Part shown: piece after piece, positions 26,278 to 41,400 of the stretch
How the letters are laid out: each line of letters opens with the position of its first letter
Numbering within the stretch: position 1 is the stretch's first letter
NCBI GenBank assembly: GCA_964057225.1
Contig: OZ059900.1
Location: 1,364,001 to 1,428,000, forward strand
Origin: Auanema rhodensis
Lineage: Eukaryota > Animalia > Nematoda
Length of the DNA: 64,000 bases
Direction of reading: 5' to 3'
Notes under the pieces: generated by a model
Told to the model about the DNA's origin: nothing
The model's database searches: none
The model's input: only the letters and a program-made list of their open reading frames with translations
Position numbers and translations under genes: made by a program

Positions 26278-29200
26278 TCAAACACACAATACACGAAATA
26301 AGTTTATTTTTATGAGTTTGCACTGATATATATTCATTTTGATCAAAAAAGGTCGAAAATAGAAAGAATTTTTGAATTTTCCGAGTTTTGAGTCTAATTT
26401 GGCTAAATCGCTCATATATATGATCAAAAGCATAGTTTTATTGTCTATAACAACAAAAGTCATCAATTAAACGCTAGTGATGTTTAAATACTGAATTTCG
26501 CTCAAATAGCATTACTACACTAAGTATGGTCGTTTTTATGCCTTTAACACCATATACTCACCGATTTTTGGTACAAAATCTGTAATACTCGTAAATTTTG
26601 ATCATATTCGTTAAGATTTGAGAATCAAACATACAATACACAAAATCAGTCTATTTTTATGAGCTTGCACTGATATATATTCATTTTGATCAAAAAAGGT
26701 CGAAAATAGAAAGAATTTTTGAAATTTCCGAGTTTTGAGTCTAATTTGGCTAAATCGCTCATATATAAGATCAGAAGCATAGTTTTATTGTCTATGACAA
26801 CAAAAATCATCAATTAAACGCTAGTGATATTTAAATACTGATTTTCGCTCAAATAGCATTACTACACTAAGTATGGTCGTTTTTATGCCTTTAACACCAT
26901 ATACTCACCGATTTTTGGTACAAAATCTGTAATACTCGTAAATTTTGATCATATTCGTTAAGATTTGAAAATCAAACACACAATAAACAAAATCAGTCTA
27001 TTTTTATGAGTTTGCACTGATATATATTCATTTTGATCAAAAAAGGTCGAAAATAGAAAGAATTTTTGAATTTTCCGAGTTTTGAGTCCAATTGGGCTAA
27101 ATCGCTCATATATATAATCAAAAGCATAGTTTTACTGTCTATGATAACAAAAGTCATCAATTAAACGCTAGTGATGTTTAAATACTGATTTTCGCTCAAA
27201 TAGCATTACTACACTAAGTATGGTCGTTTTTATGCCTTTAACACCATATACTCACCGATTTTTGGTACAAAATCTGTGATACTCGTAAATTTTGATCATA
27301 TTCGGTGAGATTCGAGAATCAAACACACAATACACGAAATAAGTTTATTTTTACGAGTTTGCACTGATATTTATTCATTTTGATCAAAAAAGGTCGAAAA
27401 TAGAAAGAATTTTTGAAATTTCCGAGTTTTGAGTCTAATTTGGCTAAATCGCTCATATATATGATCAAAAGCATAGTTTTATTGTCTATGACAACAAAAG
27501 TCATCAATTAAACGCTAGTGATGTTTAAATACTGAATTTCGCTCAAGTAGCATTACTACACTAAGTATGGTCGTTTTTATGCCTTTAACACCATGTACTC
27601 ACCGATTTTTGGTACAAAATCTGTAATACTCGTAAATTTTGATCATATTCGGTGAGATTCGAGAATCAAACACACAATACACGAAATAAGTTTATTTTGA
27701 CGAGTTTGCACTGATATTTATTCATTTTGATCAAAAAAGGTCGAAAATAGAAAGAATTTTTGAATTTTCCGAGTTTTGAGTCCAATTGGGCTAAATCGCT
27801 CATATATATGATCAAAAGCATAGTTTTACTGTCTATGATAACAAAAGTCTTCAAATATACACTAATAATGATTAAATCACTGAATTTCACTCAAATAGCA
27901 TTACTACACTAAGTATGGTCGTTTTTATGCCTTTAACACCATATACTCACCGATTTTTGGTACAAAATCTGTAATACTCGTAAATTTTGATCATATTCGG
28001 TGAGATTCGAAAATCAAACACACAATACACGAAATAAGTTTATTTTGACGAGTTTGCACTGATATTTATTCATTTTGATCAAAAAAGGTCGAAAATAGAA
28101 AGAATTTTTGAATTTTCCGAGTTTTGAGTCCAATTGGGCTAAATCGCTCATATATATGATCAAAAGCATAGTTTTACTGTCTATGATAACAAAAGTCTTC
28201 AAATATACACTAATAATGATTAAATCACTGAATTTCACTCAAATAGCATTACTACACTAAGTATGGTCGTTTTTATGCCTTTAACACCATATACTCACCG
28301 ATTTTTGGTACAAAATCTGTGATACTCGTAAATTTTGATCATATTCGGTGAGATTCGAGAATCGCACATACAATACACGAAATAAGTCTATTTTTACGAG
28401 TTTGCACTGATATTTATTCATTTTGATCAAAAAAGGTCGAAAATAGAAAGAATTTTTGAAATTTCCGAGTTTTGAGTCTAATTTGGCTAAATCGCTCATA
28501 TATATGATCAAAAGCATAGTTTTACTGTCTATGATAACAAAAGTCTTCAAATATACACTAATAATGTGTAAATCACTGAATTTCACTCAAATAGCTTTAC
28601 TACACTAAGTATGGTCGTTTTTATGCCTTTAACACCATATACTCACCGATTTTTGGTACAAAATCTGTAATACTCGTAAATTTCGATCATATTCGTTAAG
28701 ATTCGAGAATCAAACACACAATACACGAAATAAGTTTATTTTTACCAGTTTGCACTGATATTTATTCATTTTGATCAAAAAAGGTCGAAAATAGAAAGAA
28801 TTTTTGAATTTTCCGAGTTTTGAGTCCAATTGGGCTAAATCGCTCATATATATGATCAAAAGCATAGTTTCACTGTCTATGATAACAAAAGTCTTCAAAT
28901 ATACACTAGTAATGATTAAATCACTGAATTTCACTCAAATAGCTTTACTACACTAAGTATGGTCGTTTTTATGCCTTTAACACCATATACTCACCGATTT
29001 TTGGTACAAAATCTGTGATACTCGTAAATTTTGATCATATTCGGTGAGATTCGAGAATCAAACACACAATACACGAAATAAGTTTATTTTTACGAGTTTG
29101 CACTGATATTTATTCATTTTGATCAAAAAAGGTCGAAAATAGAAAGAATTTTTGAAATTTCCGAGTTTTGAGTCTAATTTGGCTAAATCGCTCATATATA

Positions 29201-32200
29201 TGATCAAAAGCATAGTTTTACTGTCTATGATAACAAAAGTCTTCAAATATACACTAATAATGTGTAAATCACTGAATTTCACTCAAATAGCTTTACTACA
29301 CTAAGTATGGTCGTTTTTATGCCTTTAACACCATATACTCACCGATTTTTGGTACAAAATCTGTGATACTCGTAAATTTTGATCATATTCGTTAAGATTT
29401 GAGAATCAAACATACAATACACAAAATCAGTCTATTTTTATGACCTTGCACTGATATATATTCATTTTGATCAAAAAAGGTCGAAAATAGAAAGAATTTT
29501 TGAAATTTCCGAGTTTTGAGTCTAATTTGGCTAAATCGCTCATATATAAGATCAGAAGCATAGTTTTATTGTCTATGACAACAAAAATCATCAATTAAAC
29601 GCTAGTGATATTTAAATACTGATTTTCGCTCAAATAGCATTACTACACTAAGTATGGTCGTTTTTATGCCTTTAACACCATATACTCACCGATTTTTGGT
29701 ACAAAATCTGTGATACTCGTAAATTTTGATCATATTCGGTGAGATTCGAGAATCAAACACACAATACACGAAATAAGTTTATTTTGACGAGTTTGCACTG
29801 ATATTTATTCATTTTGATCAAAAAAGGTCGAAAATAGAAAGAATTTTTGAAATTTCCGAGTTTTGAGTCTAATTTGGCTAAATCGCTCATATATATGATC
29901 AAAAGCATAGTTTTACTGTCTATGATAACAAAAGTCTTCAAATATACACTAATAATGTGTAAATCACTGAATTTCACTCAAATAGCTTTACTACACTAAG
30001 TATGGTCGTTTTTATGCCTTTAACACCATATACTCACCGATTTTTGGTACAAAATCTGTAATACTCGTAAATTTTGATCATATTCGGTGAGATTCGAGAA
30101 TCAAACACACAATACACGAAATAAGTTTATTTTGACGAGTTTGCACTGATATTTATTCATTTTGATCAAAAAAGGTCGAAAATAGAAAGAATTTTTGAAT
30201 TTTCCGAGTTTTGAGTCCAATTGGGCTAAATCGCTCATATATATAATCAAAAGCATAGTTTTACTGTCTATGATAACAAAAATCATCAATTAAACGCTAG
30301 TGATGTTTAAATACTGATTTTCGCTCAAATAGCATTACTACACTAAGTATGGTCGTTTTTATGCCTTTAACACCATATACTCACCGATTTTTGGTACAAA
30401 ATCTGTGATACTCGTAAATTTTGATCATATTCGGTGAGATTCGAGAATCAAACACACAATACACGAAATAAGTTTATTTTTACGAGTTTGCACTGATATT
30501 TATTCATTTTGATCAAAAAAGGTCGAAAATAGAAAGAATTTTTGAAATTTCCGAGTTTTGAGTCTAATTTGGCTAAATCGCTCATATATATGATCAAAAG
30601 CATAGTTTTATTGTCTATGACAACAAAAGTCATCAATTAAACGCTAGTGATGTTTAAATACTGAATTTCGCTCAAGTAGCATTACTACACTAAGTATGGT
30701 CGTTTTTATGCCTTTAACACCATATACTCACCGATTTTTGGTACAAAATCTGTAATACTCGTAAATTTTGATCATATTCGGTGAGATTCGAGAATCAAAC
30801 ACACAATACACGAAATAAGTTTATTTTGACGAGTTTGCACTGATATTTATTCATTTTGATCAAAAAAGGTCGAAAATAGAAAGAATTTTTGAATTTTCCG
30901 AGTTTTGAGTCCAATTGGGCTAAATCGCTCATATATATGATCAAAAGCATAGTTTTACTGTCTATGATAACAAAAGTCTTCAAATATACACTAATAATGA
31001 TTAAATCACTGAATTTCACTCAAATAGCATTACTACACTAAGTATGGTCGTTTTTATGCCTTTAACACCATATACTCACCGATTTTTGGTACAAAATCTG
31101 TAATACTCGTAAATTTTGATCATATTCGGTGAGATTCGAGAATCAAACACACAATACACGAAATAAGTTTATTTTGACGAGTTTGCACTGATATTTATTC
31201 ATTTTGATCAAAAAAGGTCGAAAATAGAAAGAATTTTTGAATTTTCCGAGTTTTGAGTCCAATTGGGCTAAATCGCTCATATATATGATCAAAAGCATAG
31301 TTTTACTGTCTATGATAACAAAAGTCTTCAAATATACACTAATAATGATTAAATCACTGAATTTCACTCAAATAGCATTACTACACTAAGTATGGTCGTT
31401 TTTATGCCTTTAACACCATATACTCACCGATTTTTGGTACAAAATCTGTAATACTCGTAAATTTTGATCATATTCGGTGAGATTCGAGAATCAAACACAC
31501 AATACACGAAATAAGTTTATTTTGACGAGTTTGCACTGATATTTATTCATTTTGATCAAAAAAGGTCGAAAATAGAAAGAATTTTTGAATTTTCCGAGTT
31601 TTGAGTCCAATTGGGCTAAATCGCTCATATATATGATCAAAAGCATAGTTTTACTGTCTATGATAACAAAAGTCTTCAAATATACACTAATAATGATTAA
31701 ATCACTGAATTTCACTCAAATAGCATTACTACACTAAGTATGGTCGTTTTTATGCCTTTAACACCATATACTCACCGATTTTTGGTACAAAATCTGTGAT
31801 ACTCGTAAATTTTGATCATATTCGGTGAGATTCGAGAATCGCACATACAATACACGAAATAAGTCTATTTTTACGAGTTTGCACTGATATTTATTCATTT
31901 TGATCAAAAAAGGTCGAAAATAGAAAGAATTTTTGAAATTTCCGAGTTTTGAGTCTAATTTGGCTAAATCGCTCATATATATGATCAAAAGCATAGTTTT
32001 ACTGTCTATGATAACAAAAGTCTTCAAATATACACTAATAATGTGTAAATCACTGAATTTCACTCAAATAGCTTTACTACACTAAGTATGGTCGTTTTTA
32101 TGCCTTTAACACCATATACTCACCGATTTTTGGTACAAAATCTGTAATACTCGTAAATTTCGATCATATTCGTTAAGATTCGAGAATCAAACACACAATA

Positions 32201-35200
32201 CACGAAATAAGTTTATTTTTACCAGTTTGCACTGATATTTATTCATTTTGATCAAAAAAGGTCGAAAATAGAAAGAATTTTTGAATTTTCCGAGTTTTGA
32301 GTCCAATTGGGCTAAATCGCTCATATATATGATCAAAAGCATAGTTTCACTGTCTATGATAACAAAAGTCTTCAAATATACACTAGTAATGATTAAATCA
32401 CTGAATTTCACTCAAATAGCTTTACTACACTAAGTATGGTCGTTTTTATGCCTTTAACACCATATACTCACCGATTTTTGGTACAAAATCTGTGATACTC
32501 GTAAATTTTGATCATATTCGGTGAGATTCGAGAATCAAACACACAATACACGAAATAAGTTTATTTTTACGAGTTTGCACTGATATTTATTCATTTTGAT
32601 CAAAAAAGGTCGAAAATAGAAAGAATTTTTGAAATTTCCGAGTTTTGAGTCTAATTTGGCTAAATCGCTCATATATATGATCAAAAGCATAGTTTTACTG
32701 TCTATGATAACAAAAGTCTTCAAATATACACTAATAATGATTAAATCACTGAATTTCACTCAAATAGCATTACTACACTAAGTATGGTCGTTTTTATGCC
32801 TTTAACACCATATACTCACCGATTTTTGGTACAAAATCTGTAATACTCGTAAATTTTGATCATATTCGGTGAGATTCGAGAATCAAACACACAATACACG
32901 AAATAAGTTTATTTTGACGAGTTTGCACTGATATTTATTCATTTTGATCAAAAAAGGTCGAAAATAGAAAGAATTTTTGAATTTTCCGAGTTTTGAGTCC
33001 AATTGGGCTAAATCGCTCATATATATGATCAAAAGCATAGTTTTACTGTCTATGATAACAAAAGTCTTCAAATATACACTAATAATGATTAAATCACTGA
33101 ATTTCACTCAAATAGCATTACTACACTAAGTATGGTCGTTTTTATGCCTTTAACACCATATACTCACCGATTTTTGGTACAAAATCTGTGATACTCGTAA
33201 ATTTTGATCATATTCGGTGAGATTCGAGAATCGCACATACAATACACGAAATAAGTCTATTTTTACGAGTTTGCACTGATATTTATTCATTTTGATCAAA
33301 AAAGGTCGAAAATAGAAAGAATTTTTGAAATTTCCGAGTTTTGAGTCTAATTTGGCTAAATCGCTCATATATATGATCAAAAGCATAGTTTTACTGTCTA
33401 TGATAACAAAAGTCTTCAAATATACACTAATAATGTGTAAATCACTGAATTTCACTCAAATAGCTTTACTACACTAAGTATGGTCGTTTTTATGCCTTTA
33501 ACACCATATACTCACCGATTTTTGGTACAAAATCTGTAATACTCGTAAATTTCGATCATATTCGTTAAGATTCGAGAATCAAACACACAATACACGAAAT
33601 AAGTTTATTTTTACCAGTTTGCACTGATATTTATTCATTTTGATCAAAAAAGGTCGAAAATAGAAAGAATTTTTGAATTTTCCGAGTTTTGAGTCCAATT
33701 GGGCTAAATCGCTCATATATATGATCAAAAGCATAGTTTCACTGTCTATGATAACAAAAGTCTTCAAATATACACTAGTAATGATTAAATCACTGAATTT
33801 CACTCAAATAGCTTTACTACACTAAGTATGGTCGTTTTTATGCCTTTAACACCATATACTCACCGATTTTTGGTACAAAATCTGTGATACTCGTAAATTT
33901 TGATCATATTCGGTGAGATTCGAGAATCAAACACACAATACACGAAATAAGTTTATTTTTACGAGTTTGCACTGATATTTATTCATTTTGATCAAAAAAG
34001 GTCGAAAATAGAAAGAATTTTTGAAATTTCCGAGTTTTGAGTCTAATTTGGCTAAATCGCTCATATATATGATCAAAAGCATAGTTTTACTGTCTATGAT
34101 AACAAAAGTCTTCAAATATACACTAATAATGTGTAAATCACTGAATTTCACTCAAATAGCTTTACTACACTAAGTATGGTCGTTTTTATGCCTTTAACAC
34201 CATATACTCACCGATTTTTGGTACAAAATCTGTGATACTCGTAAATTTTGATCATATTCGTTAAGATTTGAGAATCAAACATACAATACACAAAATCAGT
34301 CTATTTTTATGAGCTTGCACTGATATATATTCATTTTGATCAAAAAAGGTCGAAAATAGAAAGAATTTTTGAAATTTCCGAGTTTTGAGTCTAATTTGGC
34401 TAAATCGCTCATATATAAGATCAGAAGCATAGTTTTATTGTCTATGACAACAAAAATCATCAATTAAACGCTAGTGATATTTAAATACTGATTTTCGCTC
34501 AAATAGCATTACTACACTAAGTATGGTCGTTTTTATGCCTTTAACACCATATACTCACCGATTTTTGGTACAAAATCTGTAATACTCGTAAATTTTGATC
34601 ATATTCGGTGAGATTCGAGAATCAAACACACAATACACGAAATAAATTTATTTTGACGAGTTTGCACTGATATTTATTCATTCTGATCAAAAAAGGTCGA
34701 AAATAGAAAGAATTTTTGAATTTTCCGAGTTTTGAGTCCAATTGGGCTAAATCGCTCATATATATGATCAAAAGCATAGTTTTACTGTCTATGATAACAA
34801 AAGTCTTCAAATATACACTAATAATGATTAAATCACTGAATTTCACTCAAATAGCATTACTACACTAAGTATGGTCGTTTTTATGCCTTTAACACCATAT
34901 ACTCACCGATTTTTGGTACAAAATCTGTGATACTCGTAAATTTTGATCATATTCGGTGAGATTCGAGAATCGAACACACAATACACGAAATAAGTCTATT
35001 TTTACGAGTTTGCACTGATATTTATTCATTTTGATCAAAAAAGGTCGAAAATAGAAAGAATTTTTGAAATTTCCGAGTTTTGAGTCTAATTTGGCTAAAT
35101 CGCTCATATATATGATCAAAAGCATAGTTTTACTGTCTATGATAACAAAAGTCTTCAAATATACACTAATAATGTGTAAATCACTGAATTTCACTCAAAT

Positions 35201-38200
35201 AGCTTTACTACACTAAGTATGGTCGTTTTTATGCCTTTAACACCATATACTCACCGATTTTTGGTACAAAATCTGTAATACTCGTAAATTTCGATCATAT
35301 TCGTTAAGATTCGAGAATCAAACACACAATACACGAAATAAGTTTATTTTTACCAGTTTGCACTGATATTTATTCATTTTGATCAAAAAAGGTCGAAAAT
35401 AGAAAGAATTTTTGAATTTTCCGAGTTTTGAGTCCAATTGGGCTAAATCGCTCATATATATGATCAAAAGCATAGTTTCACTGTCTATGATAACAAAAGT
35501 CTTCAAATATACACTAGTAATGATTAAATCACTGAATTTCACTCAAATAGCTTTACTACACTAAGTATGGTCGTTTTTATGCCTTTAACACCATATACTC
35601 ACCGATTTTTGGTACAAAATCTGTGATACTCGTAAATTTTGATCATATTCGGTGAGATTCGAAAATCAAACACACAATACACGAAATAAGTTTATTTTTA
35701 CAAGTTTGCACTGATATTTATTCATTTTGATCAAAAAAGGTCGAAAATAGAAAGAATTTTTGAAATTTCCGAGTTTTGAGTCTAATTTGGCTAAATCGCT
35801 CATATATATGATCAAAAGCATAGTTTTATTGTCTATAACAACAAAAGTCATCAATTAAACGCTAGTGATGTTTAAATACTGAATTTCGCTCAAATAGCAT
35901 TACTACACTAAGTATGGTCGTTTTTATGCCTTTAACACCATATACTCACCGATTTTTGGTACAAAATCTGTAATACTCGTAAATTTTGATCATATTTGTT
36001 AAGATTTGAGAATCAAACATACAATACACAAAATCAATCTATTTTTATGAGCTTGCACTGATATATATTCATTTTGATCAAAAAAGGTCGAAAATAGAAA
36101 GAATTTTTGAAATTTCCGAGTTTTGATTCTAATTTGGCTAAATCGCTCATATATAAGATCAGAAGCATAGTTTTATTGTCTATGACAACAAAAATCATCA
36201 ATTAAACGCTAGTGATATTTAAATACTGATTTTCGCTCAAATAGCATTACTACACTAAGTATGGTCGTTTTTATGCCTTTAACACCATATACTCACCGAT
36301 TTTTGGTACAAAATCTGTAATACTCGTAAATTTTGATCATATTCGTTAAGATTTGAAAATCAAACACACAATAAACAAAATCAGTCTATTTTTATGAGTT
36401 TGCACTGATATATATTCATTTTGATCAAAAAAGGTCGAAAATAGAAAGAATTTTTGAATTTTCCGAGTTTTGAGTCCAATTGGGCTAAATCGCTCATATA
36501 TATAATCAAAAGCATAGTTTTACTGTCTATGATAACAAAAGTCATCAATTAAACGCTAGTGATGTTTAAATACTGATTTTCGCTCAAATAGCATTACTAC
36601 ACTAAGTATGGTCGTTTTTATGCCTTTAACACCATATACTCACCGATTTTTGGTACAAAATCTGTGATACTCGTAAATTTTGATCATATTCGGTGAGATT
36701 CGAGAATCAAACACACAATACACGAAATAAGTTTATTTTTATGAGTTTGCACTGATATATATTCATTTTGATCAAAAAAGGTCGAAAATAGAAAGAATTT
36801 TTGAATTTTCCGAGTTTTGAGTCTAATTTGGCTAAATCGCTCATATATATGATCAAAAGCATAGTTTTATTGTCTATAACAACAAAAGTCATCAATTAAA
36901 CGCTAGTGATGTTTAAATACTGAATTTCGCTCAAATAGCATTACTACACTAAGTATGGTCGTTTTTATGCCTTTAACACCATATACTCACCGATTTTTGG
37001 TACAAAATCTGTAATACTCGTAAATTTTGATCATATTCGTTAAGATTTGAGAATCAAACACACAATACACGAAATAAGTTTATTTTGACGAGTTTGCACT
37101 GATATTTATTCATTTTGATCAAAAAAGGTCGAAAATAGAAAGAATTTTTGAATTTTCCGAGTTTTGAGTCCAATTGGGCTAAATCGCTCATATATATGAT
37201 CAAAAGCATAGTTTTACTGTCTATGATAACAAAAGTCTTCAAATATACACTAATAATGATTAAATCACTGAATTTCACTCAAATAGCATTACTACACTAA
37301 GTATGGTCGTTTTTATGCCTTTAACACCATATACTCACCGATTTTTGGTACAAAATCTGTGATACTCGTAAATTTTGATCATATTCGGTGAGATTCGAGA
37401 ATCGAACACACAATACACGAAATAAGTCTATTTTTACGAGTTTGCACTGATATTTATTCATTTTGATCAAAAAAGGTCGAAAATAGAAAGAATTTTTGAA
37501 ATTTCCGAGTTTTGAGTCTAATTTGGCTAAATCGCTCATATATATGATCAAAAGCATAGTTTTACTGTCTATGATAACAAAAGTCTTCAAATATACACTA
37601 ATAATGTGTAAATCACTGAATTTCACTCAAATAGCTTTACTACACTAAGTATGGTCGTTTTTATGCCTTTAACACCATATACTCACCGATTTTTGGTACA
37701 AAATCTGTAATACTCGTAAATTTCGATCATATTCGTTAAGATTCGAGAATCAAACACACAATACACGAAATAAGTTTATTTTTACCAGTTTGCACTGATA
37801 TTTATTCATTTTGATCAAAAAAGGTCGAAAATAGAAAGAATTTTTGAATTTTCCGAGTTTTGAGTCCAATTGGGCTAAATCGCTCATATATATGATCAAA
37901 AGCATAGTTTCACTGTCTATGATAACAAAAGTCTTCAAATATACACTAGTAATGATTAAATCACTGAATTTCACTCAAATAGCTTTACTACACTAAGTAT
38001 GGTCGTTTTTATGCCTTTAACACCATATACTCACCGATTTTTGGTACAAAATCTGTGATACTCGTAAATTTTGATCATATTCGGTGAGATTCGAGAATCA
38101 AACACACAATACACGAAATAAGTTTATTTTTACGAGTTTGCACTGATATTTATTCATTTTGATCAAAAAAGGTCGAAAATAGAAAGAATTTTTGAAATTT

Positions 38201-38444
38201 CCGAGTTTTGAGTCCAATTGGGCTAAATCGCTCATATATATAATCAAAAGCATAGTTTTACTGTCTATGATAACAAAAGTCATCAATTAAACGCTAGTGA
38301 TGTTTAAATACTGATTTTCGCTCAAATAGCATTACTACACTAAGTATGGTCGTTTTTATGCCTTTAACACCATATACTCACCGATTTTTGGTACAAAATC
38401 TGTGATACTCGTAAATTTTGATCATATTCGGTGAGATTCGAGAA
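26278..38444 (+). repeat. Large tandem duplication, copy 2 (35 monomers, 12167 bp; one A-B'-C trimer fewer than copy 1)
   Basis: Rare SNP cattCtgatc at 22516/34683 (offset 12167; gives the 'LIRMN' ORFs at 22455 and 34622). 13211-12167 = 1044 = 3 x 348. Confidence 0.92.
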
Positions 38445-41400
38445 TCAAACACACAATACACGAAATAAGTTTATTTTTATGAGTTTGCACTGATATATAT
38501 TCATTTTGATCAAAAAAGGTCGAAAATAGAAAGAATTTTTGAATTTTCCGAGTTTTGAGTCTAATTTGGCTAAATCGCTCATATATATGATCAAAAGCAT
38601 AGTTTTATTGTCTATAACAACAAAAGTCATCAATTAAACGCTAGTGATGTTTAAATACTGAATTTCGCTCAAATAGCATTACTACACTAAGTATGGTCGT
38701 TTTTATGCCTTTAACACCATATACTCACCGATTTTTGGTACAAAATCTGTAATACTCGTAAATTTTGATCATATTCGTTAAGATTTGAGAATCAAACATA
38801 CAATACACAAAATCAGTCTATTTTTATGAGCTTGCACTGATATATATTCATTTTGATCAAAAAAGGTCGAAAATAGAAAGAATTTTTGAAATTTCCGAGT
38901 TTTGAGTCTAATTTGGCTAAATCGCTCATATATAAGATCAGAAGCATAGTTTTATTGTCTATGACAACAAAAATCATCAATTAAACGCTAGTGATATTTA
39001 AATACTGATTTTCGCTCAAATAGCATTACTACACTAAGTATGGTCGTTTTTATGCCTTTAACACCATATACTCACCGATTTTTGGTACAAAATCTGTAAT
39101 ACTCGTAAATTTTGATCATATTCGTTAAGATTTGAAAATCAAACACACAATAAACAAAATCAGTCTATTTTTATGAGTTTGCACTGATATATATTCATTT
39201 TGATCAAAAAAGGTCGAAAATAGAAAGAATTTTTGAATTTTCCGAGTTTTGAGTCCAATTGGGCTAAATCGCTCATATATATAATCAAAAGCATAGTTTT
39301 ACTGTCTATGATAACAAAAGTCATCAATTAAACGCTAGTGATGTTTAAATACTGATTTTCGCTCAAATAGCATTACTACACTAAGTATGGTCGTTTTTAT
39401 GCCTTTAACACCATATACTCACCGATTTTTGGTACAAAATCTGTGATACTCGTAAATTTTGATCATATTCGGTGAGATTCGAGAATCAAACACACAATAC
39501 ACGAAATAAGTTTATTTTTACGAGTTTGCACTGATATTTATTCATTTTGATCAAAAAAGGTCGAAAATAGAAAGAATTTTTGAAATTTCCGAGTTTTGAG
39601 TCTAATTTGGCTAAATCGCTCATATATATGATCAAAAGCATAGTTTTATTGTCTATGACAACAAAAGTCATCAATTAAACGCTAGTGATGTTTACATACT
39701 GAATTTCGCTCAAGTAGCATTACTACACTAAGTATGGTCGTTTTTATGCCTTTAACACCATATACTCACCGATTTTTGGTACAAAATCTGTAATACTCGT
39801 AAATTTTGATCATATTCGGTGAGATTCGAGAATCAAACACACAATACACGAAATAAGTTTATTTTGACGAGTTTGCACTGATATTTATTCATTTTGATCA
39901 AAAAAGGTCGAAAATAGAAAGAATTTTTGAATTTTCCGAGTTTTGAGTCCAATTGGGCTAAATCGCTCATATATATGATCAAAAGCATAGTTTTACTGTC
40001 TATGATAACAAAAGTCTTCAAATATACACTAATAATGATTAAATCACTGAATTTCACTCAAATAGCATTACTACACTAAGTATGGTCGTTTTTATGCCTT
40101 TAACACCATATACTCACCGATTTTTGGTACAAAATCTGTAATACTCGTAAATTTTGATCATATTCGGTGAGATTCGAGAATCAAACACACAATACACGAA
40201 ATAAGTTTATTTTGACGAGTTTGCACTGATATTTATTCATTTTGATCAAAAAAGGTCGAAAATAGAAAGAATTTTTGAATTTTCCGAGTTTTGAGTCCAA
40301 TTGGGCTAAATCGCTCATATATATGATCAAAAGCATAGTTTTACTGTCTATGATAACAAAAGTCTTCAAATATACACTAATAATGATTAAATCACTGAAT
40401 TTCATTCAAATAGCATTACTACACTAAGTATGGTCGTTTTTATGCCTTTAACACCATATACTCACCGATTTTTGGTACAAAATCTGTGATACTCGTAAAT
40501 TTTGATCATATTCGGTGAGATTCGAGAATCGCACATACAATACACGAAATAAGTCTATTTTTACGAGTTTGCACTGATATTTATTCATTTTGATCAAAAA
40601 AGGTCGAAAATAGAAAGAATTTTTGAAATTTCCGAGTTTTGAGTCTAATTTGGCTAAATCGCTCATATATATGATCAAAAGCATAGTTTTACTGTCTATG
40701 ATAACAAAAGTCTTCAAATATACACTAATAATGTGTAAATCACTGAATTTCACTCAAATAGCTTTACTACACTAAGTATGGTCGTTTTTATGCCTTTAAC
40801 ACCATATACTCACCGATTTTTGGTACAAAATCTGTAATACTCGTAAATTTCGATCATATTCGTTAAGATTCGAGAATCAAACACACAATACACGAAATAA
40901 GTTTATTTTTACCAGTTTGCACTGATATTTATTCATTTTGATCAAAAAAGGTCGAAAATAGAAAGAATTTTTGAATTTTCCGAGTTTTGAGTCCAATTGG
41001 GCTAAATCGCTCATATATATGATCAAAAGCATAGTTTCACTGTCTATGATAACAAAAGTCTTCAAATATACACTAGTAATGATTAAATCACTGAATTTCA
41101 CTCAAATAGCTTTACTACACTAAGTATGGTCGTTTTTATGCCTTTAACACCATATACTCACCGATTTTTGGTACAAAATCTGTGATACTCGTAAATTTTG
41201 ATCATATTCGGTGAGATTCGAGAATCAAACACACAATACACGAAATAAGTTTATTTTTACGAGTTTGCACTGATATTTATTCATTTTGATCAAAAAAGGT
41301 CGAAAATAGAAAGAATTTTTGAAATTTCCGAGTTTTGAGTCTAATTTGGCTAAATCGCTCATATATATGATCAAAAGCATAGTTTTACTGTCTATGATAA